The notes under the pieces are model-generated. The model made no database searches and was not told where the DNA came from. It was given only the letters and a program-made list of their open reading frames with translations. A program made the position numbers and the translations under genes. Of a stretch of 64,000 nt of DNA, positions 1 through 12,613 are shown piece by piece. The DNA comes from Eledone cirrhosa (taxonomy: Eukaryota). The stretch is from positions 19,592,001-19,656,000 of the forward strand of contig OZ024747.1 in assembly GCA_964016885.1 (NCBI GenBank), read 5' to 3'. Position 1 is the first letter of the stretch, and the number at the start of each line of letters is the position of its first letter.

Positions 1-84
1 CGAGGGGGCAGCCATCATGTATGTATGCATGCATGTATGTATGTATGCATGTATGTACTGTTACATATTATGTATGTGTATGTT

Positions 85-245
85 TTACACATTGCTGTAA
101 CTTTTAATATGTTTGTTGTCGGGTCTATCTTTTCTACGGAATGCATTGTACAGTGATTTGGCCACTACATCATGCCTCATAAGTAGATAGTACCGTGATG
201 ACATCTTTGGACAACTGCTTATGAAATGGGTGACATCTTCGATGT
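85..245 (-). pseudogene. Fragment of an RLE-type (R4/Dong-like) non-LTR retrotransposon, zinc-knuckle region
   Basis: Minus-strand translation EDVTHFISSCPKMSSRYYLLMRHDVVAKSLY matches the E-x-x-x-H-x-x-S-x-C...RHD motif of the 3630-7022 ORF ([10 protein letters not shown]...RHD). Confidence 0.75.
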
Positions 246-516
246 ATGTATGTATGCATGCATGTCCAGTAAATCTCCAAAACTTCTGACTGAATATGCA
301 CGTGAGATTTCTCCTCATTTTTCTCATTTACCCCGTTCCTTCCTCTTCTCACTCTTTATTTTTCTATTTTATCTTTTATTTCTAACTCTATCTTCCGATA
401 CAGGACTAGTGTCCGAAACGGTAACACTCTTCTTCTGCGATTTCAAGCGTTAAACTAATATAATTCTTCAATGTACTGTGTCGTGTGATTTGCTTTGTTA
501 CCTTTCTTTACTGTTT

Positions 517-708
<192 letters not shown>

Positions 709-736
709 AAATTATGTAATAAACCACAATATAATT

Positions 737-790
737 ATTCCATTATCCAAGGTTTCGCTAATACGTCTAATATCGCTCATCAGATAGAAT
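737..790 (-). ncRNA. Type I hammerhead ribozyme motif (family A), stem III imperfect
   Basis: Minus strand: ATTCTAT-CTGATGA-GCGATATTAGACGTATTAGC-GAAA-CCTTGGA-TA-ATGGAAT; stem I pairs 7 bp with one G.U. Confidence 0.7.
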
Positions 791-823
791 CTTTATCAAC
801 ACACACACACACACACACACACT

Positions 824-874
<51 letters not shown>

Positions 875-969
875 TTACATACATAAATACCTAATATATA
901 CCTTCCATATACTGTAACGATTGTGTTGTTATTTCTGTTTACCTTTTACATATATATACATATATATAA

Positions 970-1215
970 TATATAAGATCAAAAGATGGTTAAATGAGTT
1001 CCATGTATTTTATTATGCGCATTTCAAAAACAAATATCATCATGCAATAACATTTGTGTTTTCATCAGATAAAATAGGAGGACATGATATGAAGGTTAAA
1101 AACACTTGTGGATAGTGCAGTTATATGTATACTCCAGTCCTACAAACTGTAGAGTGCTTCTTATCCGATATCTGCATTGCTTTATTGTACTACAATAAAA
1201 CCCACCTCCTACATA
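970..1215 (-). mobile_element. Dispersed non-coding repeat carrying HHR family B (Penelope pLTR-like)
   Basis: Near-identical sequence recurs at 50425-50670 and 50880-51200; flanked by (TA)n. Confidence 0.75.
1006..1076 (-). ncRNA. Type I hammerhead ribozyme motif (family B)
   Basis: Minus strand: TATTTTAT-CTGATGA-AAACACAAATGTTATTGCATGATGATATTTGTTTTT-GAAA-TGCGCA-TA-ATAAAATA; perfect 8-bp stem I, long stem II, palindromic stem III. Confidence 0.85.
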
Positions 1216-1307
1216 TACATATATATATATGAATTAACAACCCAACAAGGAACTGGGCATATCAGAGTATTGACAATATTATACACCTAAACAACATATG
1301 TACTTGT

Positions 1308-1527
1308 CTATACCATACTAATTCAAACTGCCTGAAGAGGTCACAGCCAAAGATGGCTGTCACTGAAATATATATAGCAGTAATAAACGAAGCTAAATTT
1401 TAATCATTTGACTTTTATTTAACTTTATTTTACACTACTCCGGAGTAACCAAACCAACCTGCGCACTTCGTCGAGTGCTCCAGCCTGCATACTGAGGTGT
1501 TGATATACAACCAACATAAACTCAAAA

Positions 1528-1530
<3 letters not shown>
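1308..1530 (+). mobile_element. Dispersed non-coding repeat carrying HHR family C (Penelope pLTR-like)
   Basis: Almost identical copy at 55151-55372; diverged reverse-complement copy at 35535-35727. Confidence 0.8.
1327..1381 (+). ncRNA. Type I hammerhead ribozyme motif (family C)
   Basis: ACTGC-CTGAAGA-GGTCACAGCCAAAGATGGCTGTCACT-GAAA-TATATA-TA-GCAGT; stem I ACTGC/GCAGT, stem II ACAGCC/GGCTGT. Confidence 0.85.
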
Positions 1531-1560
<30 letters not shown>

Positions 1561-1852
1561 GTGTGTGTGCGTGTGTGTATGTGTGTGTGTGTGTGTGTGT
1601 GTAATAATTAAGACAATGCAAACGATACTGAGCCACGCAGTTAAAATGACGAGAAAAAATATTTAATTTGCCCTAGGGATATAATACGCAGCGTGTATGA
1701 AAACTGTCTCAGTTTTTTTATATAGTTCATGTATTTCAACATGCATATTCTGCAGCTTGTTTATAAATGAGTGCATATACATTATATATACATGCACACA
1801 CAGACATCTATATCTATATATATATATGTGTGTGTGTGTGTGTATTTGTGTT

Positions 1853-1901
<49 letters not shown>

Positions 1902-2069
1902 ATACGCACACATTCACCCATACACCCCCCATATATATATACATGGTGGCTGCCAACTCGTTTTCGAGTACGGCCACTACTTTATATCCATGTAGGAGAA
2001 CCCCTACTGATGCGCTGAACGAGTGTGACTTTTTAGTCCAGCCAGCGACTTGAAAGCTCTGGTACAAAC

Positions 2070-2395
2070 ACTACACTTGTGACAATCATTGACACATAGT
2101 GCTGGGCCCATGGTACCATGTGACGACAAATGCAGAGAGATCTCCAGATATAAAGCAATGCCTGTGCCGTGAAGCTTTTATAGTGAGCAAAGGCACTGCA
2201 CAAAGCCAGTCCCACTCTCTTAACCAAGATGATATTTACCAAAAAGAAGAACAAGTCAACATCATTGGATACCATCAGGGTTGCAGGTGTTATATCAGAG
2301 TTTTCCTTCTCCTAGAATTCTGCCTTGACAAAGGCTAAGGGGTCATCTCTCCCGGTGATTTTGGATGGCCATTGACTCTTAAGAGCTCCTTTGCC
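2070..2395 (-). mobile_element. Probable RTE-clade LINE 5' UTR fragment
   Basis: Minus strand contains TCTAGGAGAAGGAAAACTCTGATAT, recalled as a conserved RTE 5'-UTR block; not verified by search. Confidence 0.5.
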
Positions 2396-2399
2396 TTTT

Positions 2400-3521
2400 G
2401 ACATACATATATACACATATACATACATACATATATACACATATACATACATACATATATACACATATACATATACACATATACATACATACATATACAC
2501 ATACATACATACATATACATACATACATATATATACATATACATACATACATATATATACATATACATACATATATATACATATACATATACATATATAT
2601 ACATATACATACATACATATATATACATATACATACATACATATATATACATACATACATATATATACATACATACATATATATACATATACATACATAC
2701 ATATATATACATACATACATACATATATATACACATACATACATATATATATATATATACATACATATATATATATATATACATACACACATATATATAC
2801 ATACATATATATATATATATACATATACACATACATATACATACACACATACATATACATACATATATATATATACATATACATAAATATATACACATAT
2901 ATACACATACATACATATATATATATATATACATACATATATATATATATATACACAAATATATATATATATATACATATACATACACATATATATATAT
3001 ACATATACATAAATATATATATATACATACATATACATACACATATATATATATACATATACATACATATATATATACATATACATAAATATACATATAT
3101 ACACATACATATACATACACACATATATATACACATATACATACACACATATATACACATATACATACATATATACATATACATATACATACATATATAC
3201 ATATACATATACATACATATATATACATATACATACATATATATATACATATACATATACATATACATACATATATATATATATACATATACATACATAT
3301 ATATATATATATACATACATATATATATATACATATACATACACATATATATATACATATACATACATATATATATATACACATACATACACATATATAT
3401 ATACACATACATACATATATATACATATATATATATATAAACACATACATATATATACATACATATATATACATATATATATATATAAACACAAATACAC
3501 ACACACACACATATATATATA
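2400..3521. repeat. 1.1-kb compound (TA)/(CA)/(TACA) microsatellite
   Basis: Directly visible; source of the 350-400 aa YI/CV pseudo-ORFs. Confidence 0.98.
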
Positions 3522-3555
3522 TAATAATAATAATATTATTATTGTTATTGTTATT

Positions 3556-6500
3556 CCTTGAATCTCAGTCATTGATGTTGGTTAACTGGAAAGTCCGTTG
3601 GATTGAATATCAAGCCACTACCTGCAGCCTCAGATATTCAGGACGTATCGGAGGGTTCTTGCTGTTCCAAGCAAGCATGCCTTTTGAAGCGTTCCAAAAA
3701 GCGTGAAGGGGCCGATTTTCTTTAACCATCCCTGGAAACCTTTGGAGATAGTCCCCAGTGCGCCTATGACAATCGGGATCACTTTGACTTCATGGCAGTT
3801 CCAAATCCTTTTCACCTCCCACTTTAGGTCCTGGTATCGGTTAATTTTCTCCCTCTCCTTCTCTTGCACTCTCGTGTCGAACGGGCAGGCCACATCCACA
3901 ATCAGACACGTTCTTTTTTCTTTGTCCACAACCACCAGGTCAGGTCTATTGTGTTCCAGTTTTTTGTCCGTCTGTATCCTAAAATCCCACAGCACCTTCA
4001 CCTGACTGTTCTCCATCACCGCCTCTGGCCTATGCTCATACCATTTCTCAGAATGTGGTAGATTGTTTACTTTGCACAGGTGCCAGTGGATCACCCTGCC
4101 CATCACATCGTGTCTCCAGCCCTTATAGTGGGTCTGGGCTAGGTGTTTACACTCGGACACAATGTGAGCCACAGTCTCCTCTCTCTCTCCACAGATCCTG
4201 CACAGTGGGCTAGCCTCCTCCTTGTAGATATGGTGCTTCAACCACTTCGTTTTGAGGGCCTGCTCCTGCGCAGCCATTAGCATTCCTTCTGTAGCCTTTT
4301 TGAGGTCTCCTCTTCTCAACCAGTTCCATGTCTGTGGATCTCTAAATTCAGTTTTCTCAAAGAAGGTACTATGAAGGGATTTTCCCTTAAGGCTGCTCTT
4401 CCTCCTTGATGTTATTTCCTCCTTGGATATCCCCTGGTCTACTGTCCCCTCCTTCAGTACAGCTCTGAGCATTGGCTCCTTACTATAGGTCACGTATTTG
4501 TATAGGTTGTTTTTCTCCATCTGAACACAGTCCTCTATGCTGATAAGACCTCTTCCACCCTCAGATCTCCTTAGGTAGAGTCTATCGACATCACTCCTCT
4601 TGTGGAACATGTTGTAGATAGTCAATAGCTTCCTAGTCTTCCTATCCATTTCTTTTTGTTCAGCAACATTCCATCTCAGAATTCCCGCACTGTACCTAAT
4701 AATAGACACAGCTCGGGAATTTACTGCGCTTATGGCATTTCTGCTGTTCAGATGTGACTTCAATACGCTCCTTACTCTCCGAATGTATTCAGTTCTTAAC
4801 AATTCCTTCATTTTTTTGTTCTTTATGCCATCAGCCTCCAGAACGCCCAAATACTTGTATCCTTCCTCAGAGTCAATTTCCTTTATCATCTCACCTGTTG
4901 GTATCTGGATCCCGTTACTTCTGCTCAACCTACCCCTCTTCATCACAATGACTCCACATTTACCAATACCAAACTGCATACATATATCACTGCTGAAAAT
5001 ACGGACAGTGTCAACAAGCACATCCAACTCCTTCTCACTTTTCCCGAAGAGCTTAAGATCGTCCATGAAGAGGAGGTGATTGATGGTAAGCTCTCCCCTT
5101 CCCAACTTGTATCCTGCTCTCACTTTTTGCAGCATAATGGTCAAGGGCATCAGGGCAAGGACAAACAACAGAGGGGACAGGCTATCTCCCTGGAAGATAC
5201 CTCTCTTGATCTTCACGCTTCCCAAGGATACTCCAGTTGATGTCAACTCTGTCTCCCAGGACCCCATACTCCTGCCCAGCAACTGTCTGATGTTATCCGC
5301 CACCCTGAAGATCTCCAGGCTTTTGGTGATCCAGGAATGAGGCACCATGTCAAATGCCTTTCTGTAGTCTATCCATCCCATGGCAAGATCAGTGTGTCTC
5401 CTCCTGCAATTCCCCATTACCATCTTATCAATAAGCAACTGGTCCTTTGTACCACGTGACTTCTTTCGGCATCCTTTCTGTTCGTCCGGTAACAAGTTGT
5501 TTGTGTGGAGGTGATGGCAGATTTCCTCAGACACAATGCTCGTCAACAGTTTCCACATTACAGGCAGACATGTGATAGGTCTATAGTTGGTAACATCATT
5601 ACCCTTGATTCGGTCTTTCATTATCAGAACTGTGGTACCTTTTGTCAACCACTCTGGCACCTCACCCGACACCAAGCAGTCATTGAACATGGCCGTCAGC
5701 TTCGGGTGGAGGGATGTTAAATGTTTAATCCAATACCCCTGCACACCATCTGGGCCTGGTGATTTCCAGTTGGTTAGTTTTTTGGCTTGCCCCTTAAGAG
5801 TTTCAACTGTGATACTCAAATCAGTCTGTTGTTGTGCCTGCTCACCGATCTCCCTCTGTACTGTCTCAATCCACCCTGCCTGGGCATTGTGGCTAACATC
5901 CTGCTCCCATATTCCTCTCCAGAATGTTTTAGCTTGTTCCGCCCCAGGGATCAAGTCGTTGCCTCTTTCTTTCCCCTCAAGCTGTCCAAACAGCATCTTC
6001 TGGTTGTTGTCGAACATGCGGTTCTGTTTATACTGACTGACTCTGTTCTCGTATCGCCTGATTTTGGCACTCTTTGCTACAATGCGTTGCTTCAATTCCT
6101 CTATGATAATATTTAGCTTTTTACTCCTAGTTTTGTATTTTATTTCCAGTCTATTTTTAGTGCCTATGTTTTTTAGTGTCCCATTCAGTAGTGACTCAAG
6201 CTTTCCTATGTCATTTCTCATTTCCCCGATTTGCCCACTCAGTCGCTTCTTCCACCACGGCTCTGCTCTTTCTTGTCTGTTGTTTCCTCTCGCTTTTATA
6301 CCAAGTAGTTTCCTCACCGTATTTGCTGTTGCTTTGAGGATATTGTTGCACTGGTGAAGACTCCTCGCCTCAAGGTATGGGATGACTTTGTTTACCTTAG
6401 CTGTTGTTTCTTTTAACTTTTTCCTGTCTACAAATCTTAGGTTCATAGGTCTCCCACTATCATTGTTCAACTCATCTACCACTAAATTTAGGATGTCAAC

Positions 6501-7322
6501 CGAATCTTGTCCTAGCCCGTCAGCATTCATCTCCTCAGTGGCCGTATCTCTGTTCCAGGTATTATTTATCTCAGTATTCAGATCATTGTCTGCTTCGGGT
6601 GGTTCCTCCGTTCTCAGGACCTCCTCACCTTCATTTCCCGCCGGCTCGCTTGTCTGGCATACTACACCCGCCATCTCCAAGCCATTCTCTCTGCTCAGTT
6701 CCTCCAGTTCCAGCTCGCTTATCCCCCCATTAGTTCTTATTACCCGAGCCTGCCCGGCCAATTTTTGTTCATCTAATTTAAATAAACCAATCTCGTTCCA
6801 GATGTTATGCATCCGTCTCCTGTAGCCCCTCTCCTTGGGGTTACTTTTCAGGTAGCATTGCATAACAGTTCTATTCAATTCTTTCGTCCAGTTGGTTCTG
6901 GCCCCTTTCCTTCTTCTTCTTCCTCCAACATCAGCAGTATTTGGTTGACAGTCAGGTTCCTGCTGCTGAGCCAGGGGGCACCTGTTGGGTGAGAGTCTGT
7001 CACATGACGTTCTAGTCTCCATTTCACCGTTATTCGAACTGTTTATGTTCGATATTTAAACACTCTTATCGAGGATTGGCGAATGTATGTTTACATAGCC
7101 ATCTGTGGATCCGCCATCCCACTTGGCCCTTGTGTGGCATTATCACCACGCTGTATACGAACACACATAAACAAACAAACACACGGGCAGAAAGGGCCCC
7201 AAAAATGAATAAGCATAAGTTTTATTGTAATGTAGTATTCGAATGTCTGACTTAGTTTTTGTTTTTTAAGTTTTACTTTTCCCCCCTCTTCTCTGTCCGT
7301 CCGCCTGCTTCTCTCTTCATTC
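3556..7322 (-). mobile_element. Full-length R4/Dong-like non-LTR retrotransposon (copy 1)
   Basis: Single long RT+RLE ORF, ~300-bp 5' UTR and ~75-bp 3' UTR shared with copy 2, TAA/ATT-type repeats on both sides. Confidence 0.92.
3630..7022 (-). CDS. Reverse transcriptase + CCHC zinc knuckle + restriction-like endonuclease polyprotein, 1130 aa
   Basis: Motifs [64 protein letters not shown]...[28 protein letters not shown]; uninterrupted. Confidence 0.96.
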   Translation of the reverse strand: METRTSCDRLSPNRCPLAQQQEPDCQPNTADVGGRRRRKGARTNWTKELNRTVMQCYLKSNPKERGYRRRMHNIWNEIGLFKLDEQKLAGQARVIRTNGGISELELEELSRENGLEMAGVVCQTSEPAGNEGEEVLRTEEPPEADNDLNTEINNTWNRDTATEEMNADGLGQDSVDILNLVVDELNNDSGRPMNLRFVDRKKLKETTAKVNKVIPYLEARSLHQCNNILKATANTVRKLLGIKARGNNRQERAEPWWKKRLSGQIGEMRNDIGKLESLLNGTLKNIGTKNRLEIKYKTRSKKLNIIIEELKQRIVAKSAKIRRYENRVSQYKQNRMFDNNQKMLFGQLEGKERGNDLIPGAEQAKTFWRGIWEQDVSHNAQAGWIETVQREIGEQAQQQTDLSITVETLKGQAKKLTNWKSPGPDGVQGYWIKHLTSLHPKLTAMFNDCLVSGEVPEWLTKGTTVLIMKDRIKGNDVTNYRPITCLPVMWKLLTSIVSEEICHHLHTNNLLPDEQKGCRKKSRGTKDQLLIDKMVMGNCRRRHTDLAMGWIDYRKAFDMVPHSWITKSLEIFRVADNIRQLLGRSMGSWETELTSTGVSLGSVKIKRGIFQGDSLSPLLFVLALMPLTIMLQKVRAGYKLGRGELTINHLLFMDDLKLFGKSEKELDVLVDTVRIFSSDICMQFGIGKCGVIVMKRGRLSRSNGIQIPTGEMIKEIDSEEGYKYLGVLEADGIKNKKMKELLRTEYIRRVRSVLKSHLNSRNAISAVNSRAVSIIRYSAGILRWNVAEQKEMDRKTRKLLTIYNMFHKRSDVDRLYLRRSEGGRGLISIEDCVQMEKNNLYKYVTYSKEPMLRAVLKEGTVDQGISKEEITSRRKSSLKGKSLHSTFFEKTEFRDPQTWNWLRRGDLKKATEGMLMAAQEQALKTKWLKHHIYKEEASPLCRICGEREETVAHIVSECKHLAQTHYKGWRHDVMGRVIHWHLCKVNNLPHSEKWYEHRPEAVMENSQVKVLWDFRIQTDKKLEHNRPDLVVVDKEKRTCLIVDVACPFDTRVQEKEREKINRYQDLKWEVKRIWNCHEVKVIPIVIGALGTISKGFQGWLKKIGPFTLFGTLQKACLLGTARTLRYVLNI

Positions 7323-7325
7323 TTA

Positions 7326-7412
<87 letters not shown>

Positions 7413-7421
7413 ATTTGTGTT

Positions 7422-7454
<33 letters not shown>

Positions 7455-7531
7455 CGAAGGAAAAGTGGTAAGGAACCGGGTGGACCATAACGCACCAAAG
7501 TACTCAATACTTAGGGTAGTAGAGTGGGTAA

Positions 7532-7640
7532 TAGGAGTAAGTAAGACCCCGACGGCTGAGCTCAAGCCGTTTCGACGGCTAATTCAGAATTAGCCGTCGA
7601 AACGGCTTGAGCTCAGCCGTCGGGGTCTTACTTACTCCTA
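7532..7640. repeat. Perfect 109-bp palindrome containing the 3' half of a hammerhead motif in each arm
   Basis: TAGGAGTAAGTAAGACCCCGACGG...AATTC A GAATT...CCGTCGGGGTCTTACTTACTCCTA, centre 7586; arm reads GAAAC-GGCT-TGAGCTC-AGCC-GTC. Confidence 0.9.
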
Positions 7641-7873
7641 GATATATATACACATATATATATATATATATATGTGTGTGTGTATACGCACTCATTCACC
7701 CATACACCCCCCCCCCCCATATATATATACATATACGCACACATTCACACATACACCCCCCGCCTACATATATATATATATATGTATATAATGCATTATA
7801 TCTATATATATATATATATACACGCATTTGAAGTGCATCCCCATCTTACAAGCGAACAAACATAAATATTGCA

Positions 7874-7898
7874 TCTATCTATCTATCTATCTATCTAC

Positions 7899-7952
<54 letters not shown>

Positions 7953-8035
7953 GTCTATCTATCTATCTATCTATATATCTATCTATCTATCTATATATCT
8001 ATCTATCTATCTATCTATCTATCCATCTATCTATC
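7874..8035. repeat. (CTAT)n microsatellite
   Basis: Directly visible. Confidence 0.97.
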
Positions 8036-8044
8036 TACCTTCAT

Positions 8045-9767
8045 TCTGTACGTATTGACTCTAGACCCACTACTGCGGAAGTTGGAGCTTTTGCAGGGCA
8101 TCCCTTTAGAACCGGGACTGCGAAAAGCGGCGTCGGCTTATGCCGAGGACGTGACTGTAATGGTGTCGAAAACCTCGGAAATCGAGGTAATCGGCAACCT
8201 ACTACAGGAATACAAAAGATTCACAGGAGCAAAACTGAACCCGGACAAGTTGGTCGGTTTGCAACTCGGAACGTGGAGAGGCAAACCGATGCCGCCCGAC
8301 AGCGTCGTCGGACGCTGGACGGAAGGACCTGTGAAATTCCTCGGGGTCAGGTTCGGTCCAAACCTCCAGGTGGAGAAAAACTGGAACGAGGTCATGGCCA
8401 AGGTATTTGCACACCCAGAAGTGGGCAGAGTGCAAACTGTCTTTGAAAGGTCGAGCGGAGGTGGCGAACACTTTCATAGCGTCCGTCATCTACTATCGCT
8501 TGACTGTCGTGCATTGTCCCCATGAATACCTCACCAAGATGGAACGCATGCTCTTCCAGGTCCTGTGGAAGAAGCAGGCTCCACTAGTGAGGAGATCCGT
8601 CTGCTGTCAACACCCTTCCAACGGAGGGCTGGGCATGCCGTGGCTAATGATGCGCAAACATGCGCTGACGCTACGGCATCTTCAAGTATTCCTCACCTAC
8701 CAACCGGTGTGGGCACCGTTTGTGAGACAGGCCTTCCCACAGCTTGTCTCGCTGACGGAACTGCAGTCCTGGGTCAAGCGAAGACCGAAGAAGATGTGCG
8801 CCTGGCACATTGAATGCACCCGGGCGCTCACAGTCCTCTGTCAAGCGGGTGCAGCAATCCGTGGAGACTCCACTTCGACATTCTATAGAGGGTTAGTACT
8901 TTACAAGTGCGACGACGTGCTCGGGGAGACTCTAGGCGTCGAAGACTACGAGCTCACCAGTCTGTTCGGTAGGACTTTCCGCCCGGGACCTCTGGACATC
9001 TTTCAGAGGTCCCTGACCTGGCAGTGCTACCGAGGAGCTCTACCCGTTCGAGATAAGATCAACAGGCACGGACGCCCAGGCAGGGATCCTTCCAAGAGGA
9101 CGTGTCCAAGATGTGAGCAGGACATTGAAACCGTCTTGCACGCAATTGTCCAATGCCCGGGCGTAAGCGACCTGTGGAACTAAGCAGAACAACTGCTGTC
9201 GCGTATGGGACAAATACAGTTGACTGCCGAGTCCATAGTAAGGATCAAACCGCCAGCCTCTTTCAAAAACGAAAGAGAGGCGGTTTTCCTCTGTACAGTG
9301 GCTATGGTGAAAGAGGTTATATGGTGGACGAGATTGAGAGGACTGAGGACAGATGCCTATCTCTCCGGACAACAATTGATTCCCTTCTTTAAGTATCACT
9401 TTAGAAGAAGAATCAGAGTGGAGAGAGAGAGGCACTGCACCCCAGTAAATTTACTGAAAGGTGGGTGTGAATGAAGCGAAAATGGCCCGCGTGATTGGGC
9501 CTTCTCTGTTTATAAGCCTGTAGGTTAAAATTGAGAGCAAAAGGAAGAAGGGAGCGCTTGCACAAAACGCTCCTGAAGTTGAGGGTTGTTCTATCGACGG
9601 GGTATTAAACAACCCATTTGTGGCGTCCTCCCCCTATTGGGGATTTCGATTGTTATAATTGTTTTTTTTTTTTTTTTTTTTTTTTTACACAACTGTATGT
9701 AAAATCCCCGGCATGTGTCTTTGTATTGTCCCCTTTTCATGTGCGCCCTTGTGGCAAATAAAGAAAT
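8045..9767 (+). mobile_element. 5'-truncated, frameshifted Tx1/L1-like LINE (RT C-terminal half, zinc finger, 3' UTR)
   Basis: ORF pieces: [19 protein letters not shown] (YADD-like), [31 protein letters not shown]...ETVLHAIVQC; AATAAA at the 3' end then (CTAT)n. Confidence 0.88.
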
Positions 9768-10299
9768 CTATCTATCTATCTATCTATGTGTTAAGGTAGA
9801 TGGTATTGTATTGGTGTATATGTCTGTGTTTGTTTCTGTATACATTGTAGAGAGCCGAAGGCTATTCACACAAGAGAAGCTGAAAATATTCCTTTCAAGA
9901 ATTGTTTTGTAATATATTTCCCATTGCAAGAGCAAAAAAAAAAAAAAAAAAAAAAAGAAAGAAAATGAAACAGAACTGATCATTAATAGAAAAGATATAA
10001 AATTCAGGTAAAATAAAGATTTCAGAATATTCGGTTTAATTCTTTTATATTTATTCATATAAATATATATTACACAACGACATTTCTTTCACGTTATATC
10101 CTATTCAGATATTTCGTGAGTTATCAAACAATTATCAAATGCAAAATATATCCAATAAAAAGTAAACCTTGAAATCAAATCACATTCATTATATCAGAAA
10201 TATCAGAAATGAAATAATACAAGAATTATTGTATGATTCCTTTATTTTATAATATTAATACTGTGGTGAGTTTATCGCTCCTACACATTATTATTATTA

Positions 10300-10703
10300 T
10301 TAGAGCGTCAGACACCATGCTTTGCAGCAGAGAGTTACGGGCCTTTACGATCTGAGTTCAAATCCCGCCAGCCAAGGTTAACTTTTCCTTTCATCCTTAC
10401 GGGGTCGATAAAATAAAGTGCCAGTAATGTACTGGGATAATTGCTGGCCTTGTGCCAAAAGTAGAAACAATTATTTCCTATTAGGGCGGTGGATTGGCAG
10501 TATCGGAAGAGAGTCGGACGCCATGCTTTCCAGCATAGTTACGTCCCTTTACGGTCTGAGTTCAAATCCAGCCGAGGTTAACTTTGCCTTTCATCCAAAC
10601 GTGGTCGATAAAATAAAGTATCAGTCACGCACTGGGGTCGATTTAATCGACCCCCCCCCCAAAAAAAAAAATCGATGGCCTTGTGCCTATATAAGAAACC
10701 ATT
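10300..10703 (+). mobile_element. Two tandem copies of the ~190-bp tRNA-derived SINE (first 5'-truncated)
   Basis: A-box-like TGGCAGTATCGG, B-box-like GAGTTCAAATCC, core CTTTGCCTTTCATCCTTACGGGGTCGATAAAATAAAGTACCAG (resembles the MetaSINE domain, from recall). Confidence 0.88.
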
Positions 10704-11419
10704 ATGTATGTAGTGCCAAACAGGTAAGTCTTTTGTAGGAACGCAATTTAAGATTCTAAGACACACTGATATCGATTTTATCTGATATCGAATCCAAAGC
10801 TCTGACAACTGGACTTATTTGCATGTTGTTAGGTAGTAGTAGCAGCATTCATACCCTATTGAGCTTTATGTTTGAGCTAGCATTGTGCATACATGTCTTT
10901 CTGTGTTAATTCAACTCAAAGGGAACCTACACATTCACAAAAATAATATATCTCTTTAGTCCCCGATTTTGATTACTGAAGGAGAGCCTATCTTAAAACC
11001 GTTTAGTCTTTAATTCAGTCGTATATTATTATTAGGATCGAGACTGGCTCAAGCTAAACCAAAATGTGAATGCCTCGGAGTATGTCGCCAAGCGTTATCA
11101 GTCCTCTGTGGGTTGCGCAGTGGGTCGTTGGCAACACAAACGTTTTGTTCTATATAAAATTAGTTTTTAGTTAAAGTGATGACCTTCCGAGAAGGTCGCT
11201 GGGTATCGACGAAAATCATGTAGCTGATCCATTTCCGATGAAGCCCATGGAAAATGTTCTGAAATTCCTAAACCGGCAGTGCTATCTGAAGGAGGGGTTG
11301 TGCCGGTTTGGAACAGACTCCTCAAGCACGAAATTCCGTTAACCGTGCTTGTTCGAGATGCGCGGAAAATCATGAAAGTTCTCTGCCCATACTCAAACAT
11401 TGCTGCCTTCACGAGCTAT

Positions 11420-11760
11420 GTTTCACGAGCTATGTTAAAAAAACTGCTATCATATGTAGGGTGGATGCAGCTATCAGCTAAATCCTTTGTGAACATAGCT
11501 TCACCATTTTCCTTTGGCTAGGAAAGGCTGGCTGATTTTATTTTTGAGGTTTATTTGGTGAAGACAAAAAGCTTCCTCTTTGGAGAAGACTTCATAGAAT
11601 TTCACAGGTTTCACTTGAAAATGAAATTGAGGGTGGAGAGAAAAGTGCTGCCATCCAGCAAATTTTATGAAAGTTGGGTGAGAGTCGTGAACATGATCCG
11701 AATTAACATGCACCATGAGGAGAGCAAATGGGAAATATGCTTGACCTTGTGTTCAGGATG
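11420..11760 (+). pseudogene. Diverged 3' fragment of the Tx1/L1-like LINE family
   Basis: KKLLSYVGWMQLSAKSFVNIASPFSF and FHRFHLKMKLRVERK align by eye with EQLLSRMGQIQLTAESIVRIKPPASF and FFKYHFRRRIRVERE at 9190-9430. Confidence 0.7.
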
Positions 11761-12269
11761 ACTGTAGCTTTCCTGAGATTCTTCCATGTCCTTCGGATAT
11801 ATCCAGTCTTTTGTTTGATTTAATTGTTAACTATATTATTTTTATTTTAATTTTTATTTTTATTATTTCGTTTTCTTTTTACACATTATCGATCTTTATA
11901 TAAACGATTGCGTTTAATATAGAAATTATCACCATCATCATCATCATCATCATTGTTGTTATTATTATTTTTATTATTATTATTACTTTTATTATTATCG
12001 TCATTGTCATATCTTTACTTTTAGACTCAATAATTTCCTGGGCTTATTCATCTGTTACACATTGGATTTTGAAATATAAGTGATTTTGTATAGAGAACAA
12101 GCCTGGCAGAACAATTGCAAGTAACGTTGATGCGAACATCTCACACAAAGCAAGATTCCTTTCCATTTATTATAGATTTGACATTAAGTACTTAAAAGTA
12201 GCTTACCGCTACTGCCTTAAGGGAGAATAAATATGTCTTTATATTCTTTTTATATTCCTGCTTTCCTCG

Positions 12270-12290
12270 TATCATCATCGCCACCACCAC

Positions 12291-12324
<34 letters not shown>

Positions 12325-12376
12325 GTCATCATCATCATCGCCATCATCATCATCATAATCATCATCGCCATCATCA

Positions 12377-12417
<41 letters not shown>

Positions 12418-12450
12418 ATCATTATCGTCATTGTCATCATCATCATTCAT
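12270..12450. repeat. (CAT)n/(CATCGT)n microsatellite
   Basis: Directly visible. Confidence 0.95.
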
Positions 12451-12613
12451 TTTGATTTCTTATGCATTTCATTCAATCATGCAGTCGTTCACTTTCTTAT
12501 ATTATTCATATATCTTCGTCTTTACCTTCATTATAATTATCATAATCCCCCACCATTTTCATCATATTCATCATTATCCTCATCAACACGATCATCATTA
12601 TTATCATAAACAA

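Noticed and set aside
385-432. Hammerhead-like GGAC-TAGT-GTCC-GAAAC-GGTA
   Set aside because: Core reads CCGATAC and no stem I partner is present; at most a decayed 3' half
2002-2066. CTGATGCGCTG...CAGCGACTTGAAAGCTC hammerhead-like spacing
   Set aside because: Core mismatch, extra bases before GAAA and only ~3 bp of stem I
3703-6992. Plus-strand ORFs overlapping the R4-like ORF (and equivalents at 18853-22112)
   Set aside because: Antisense shadows of the real minus-strand coding frame
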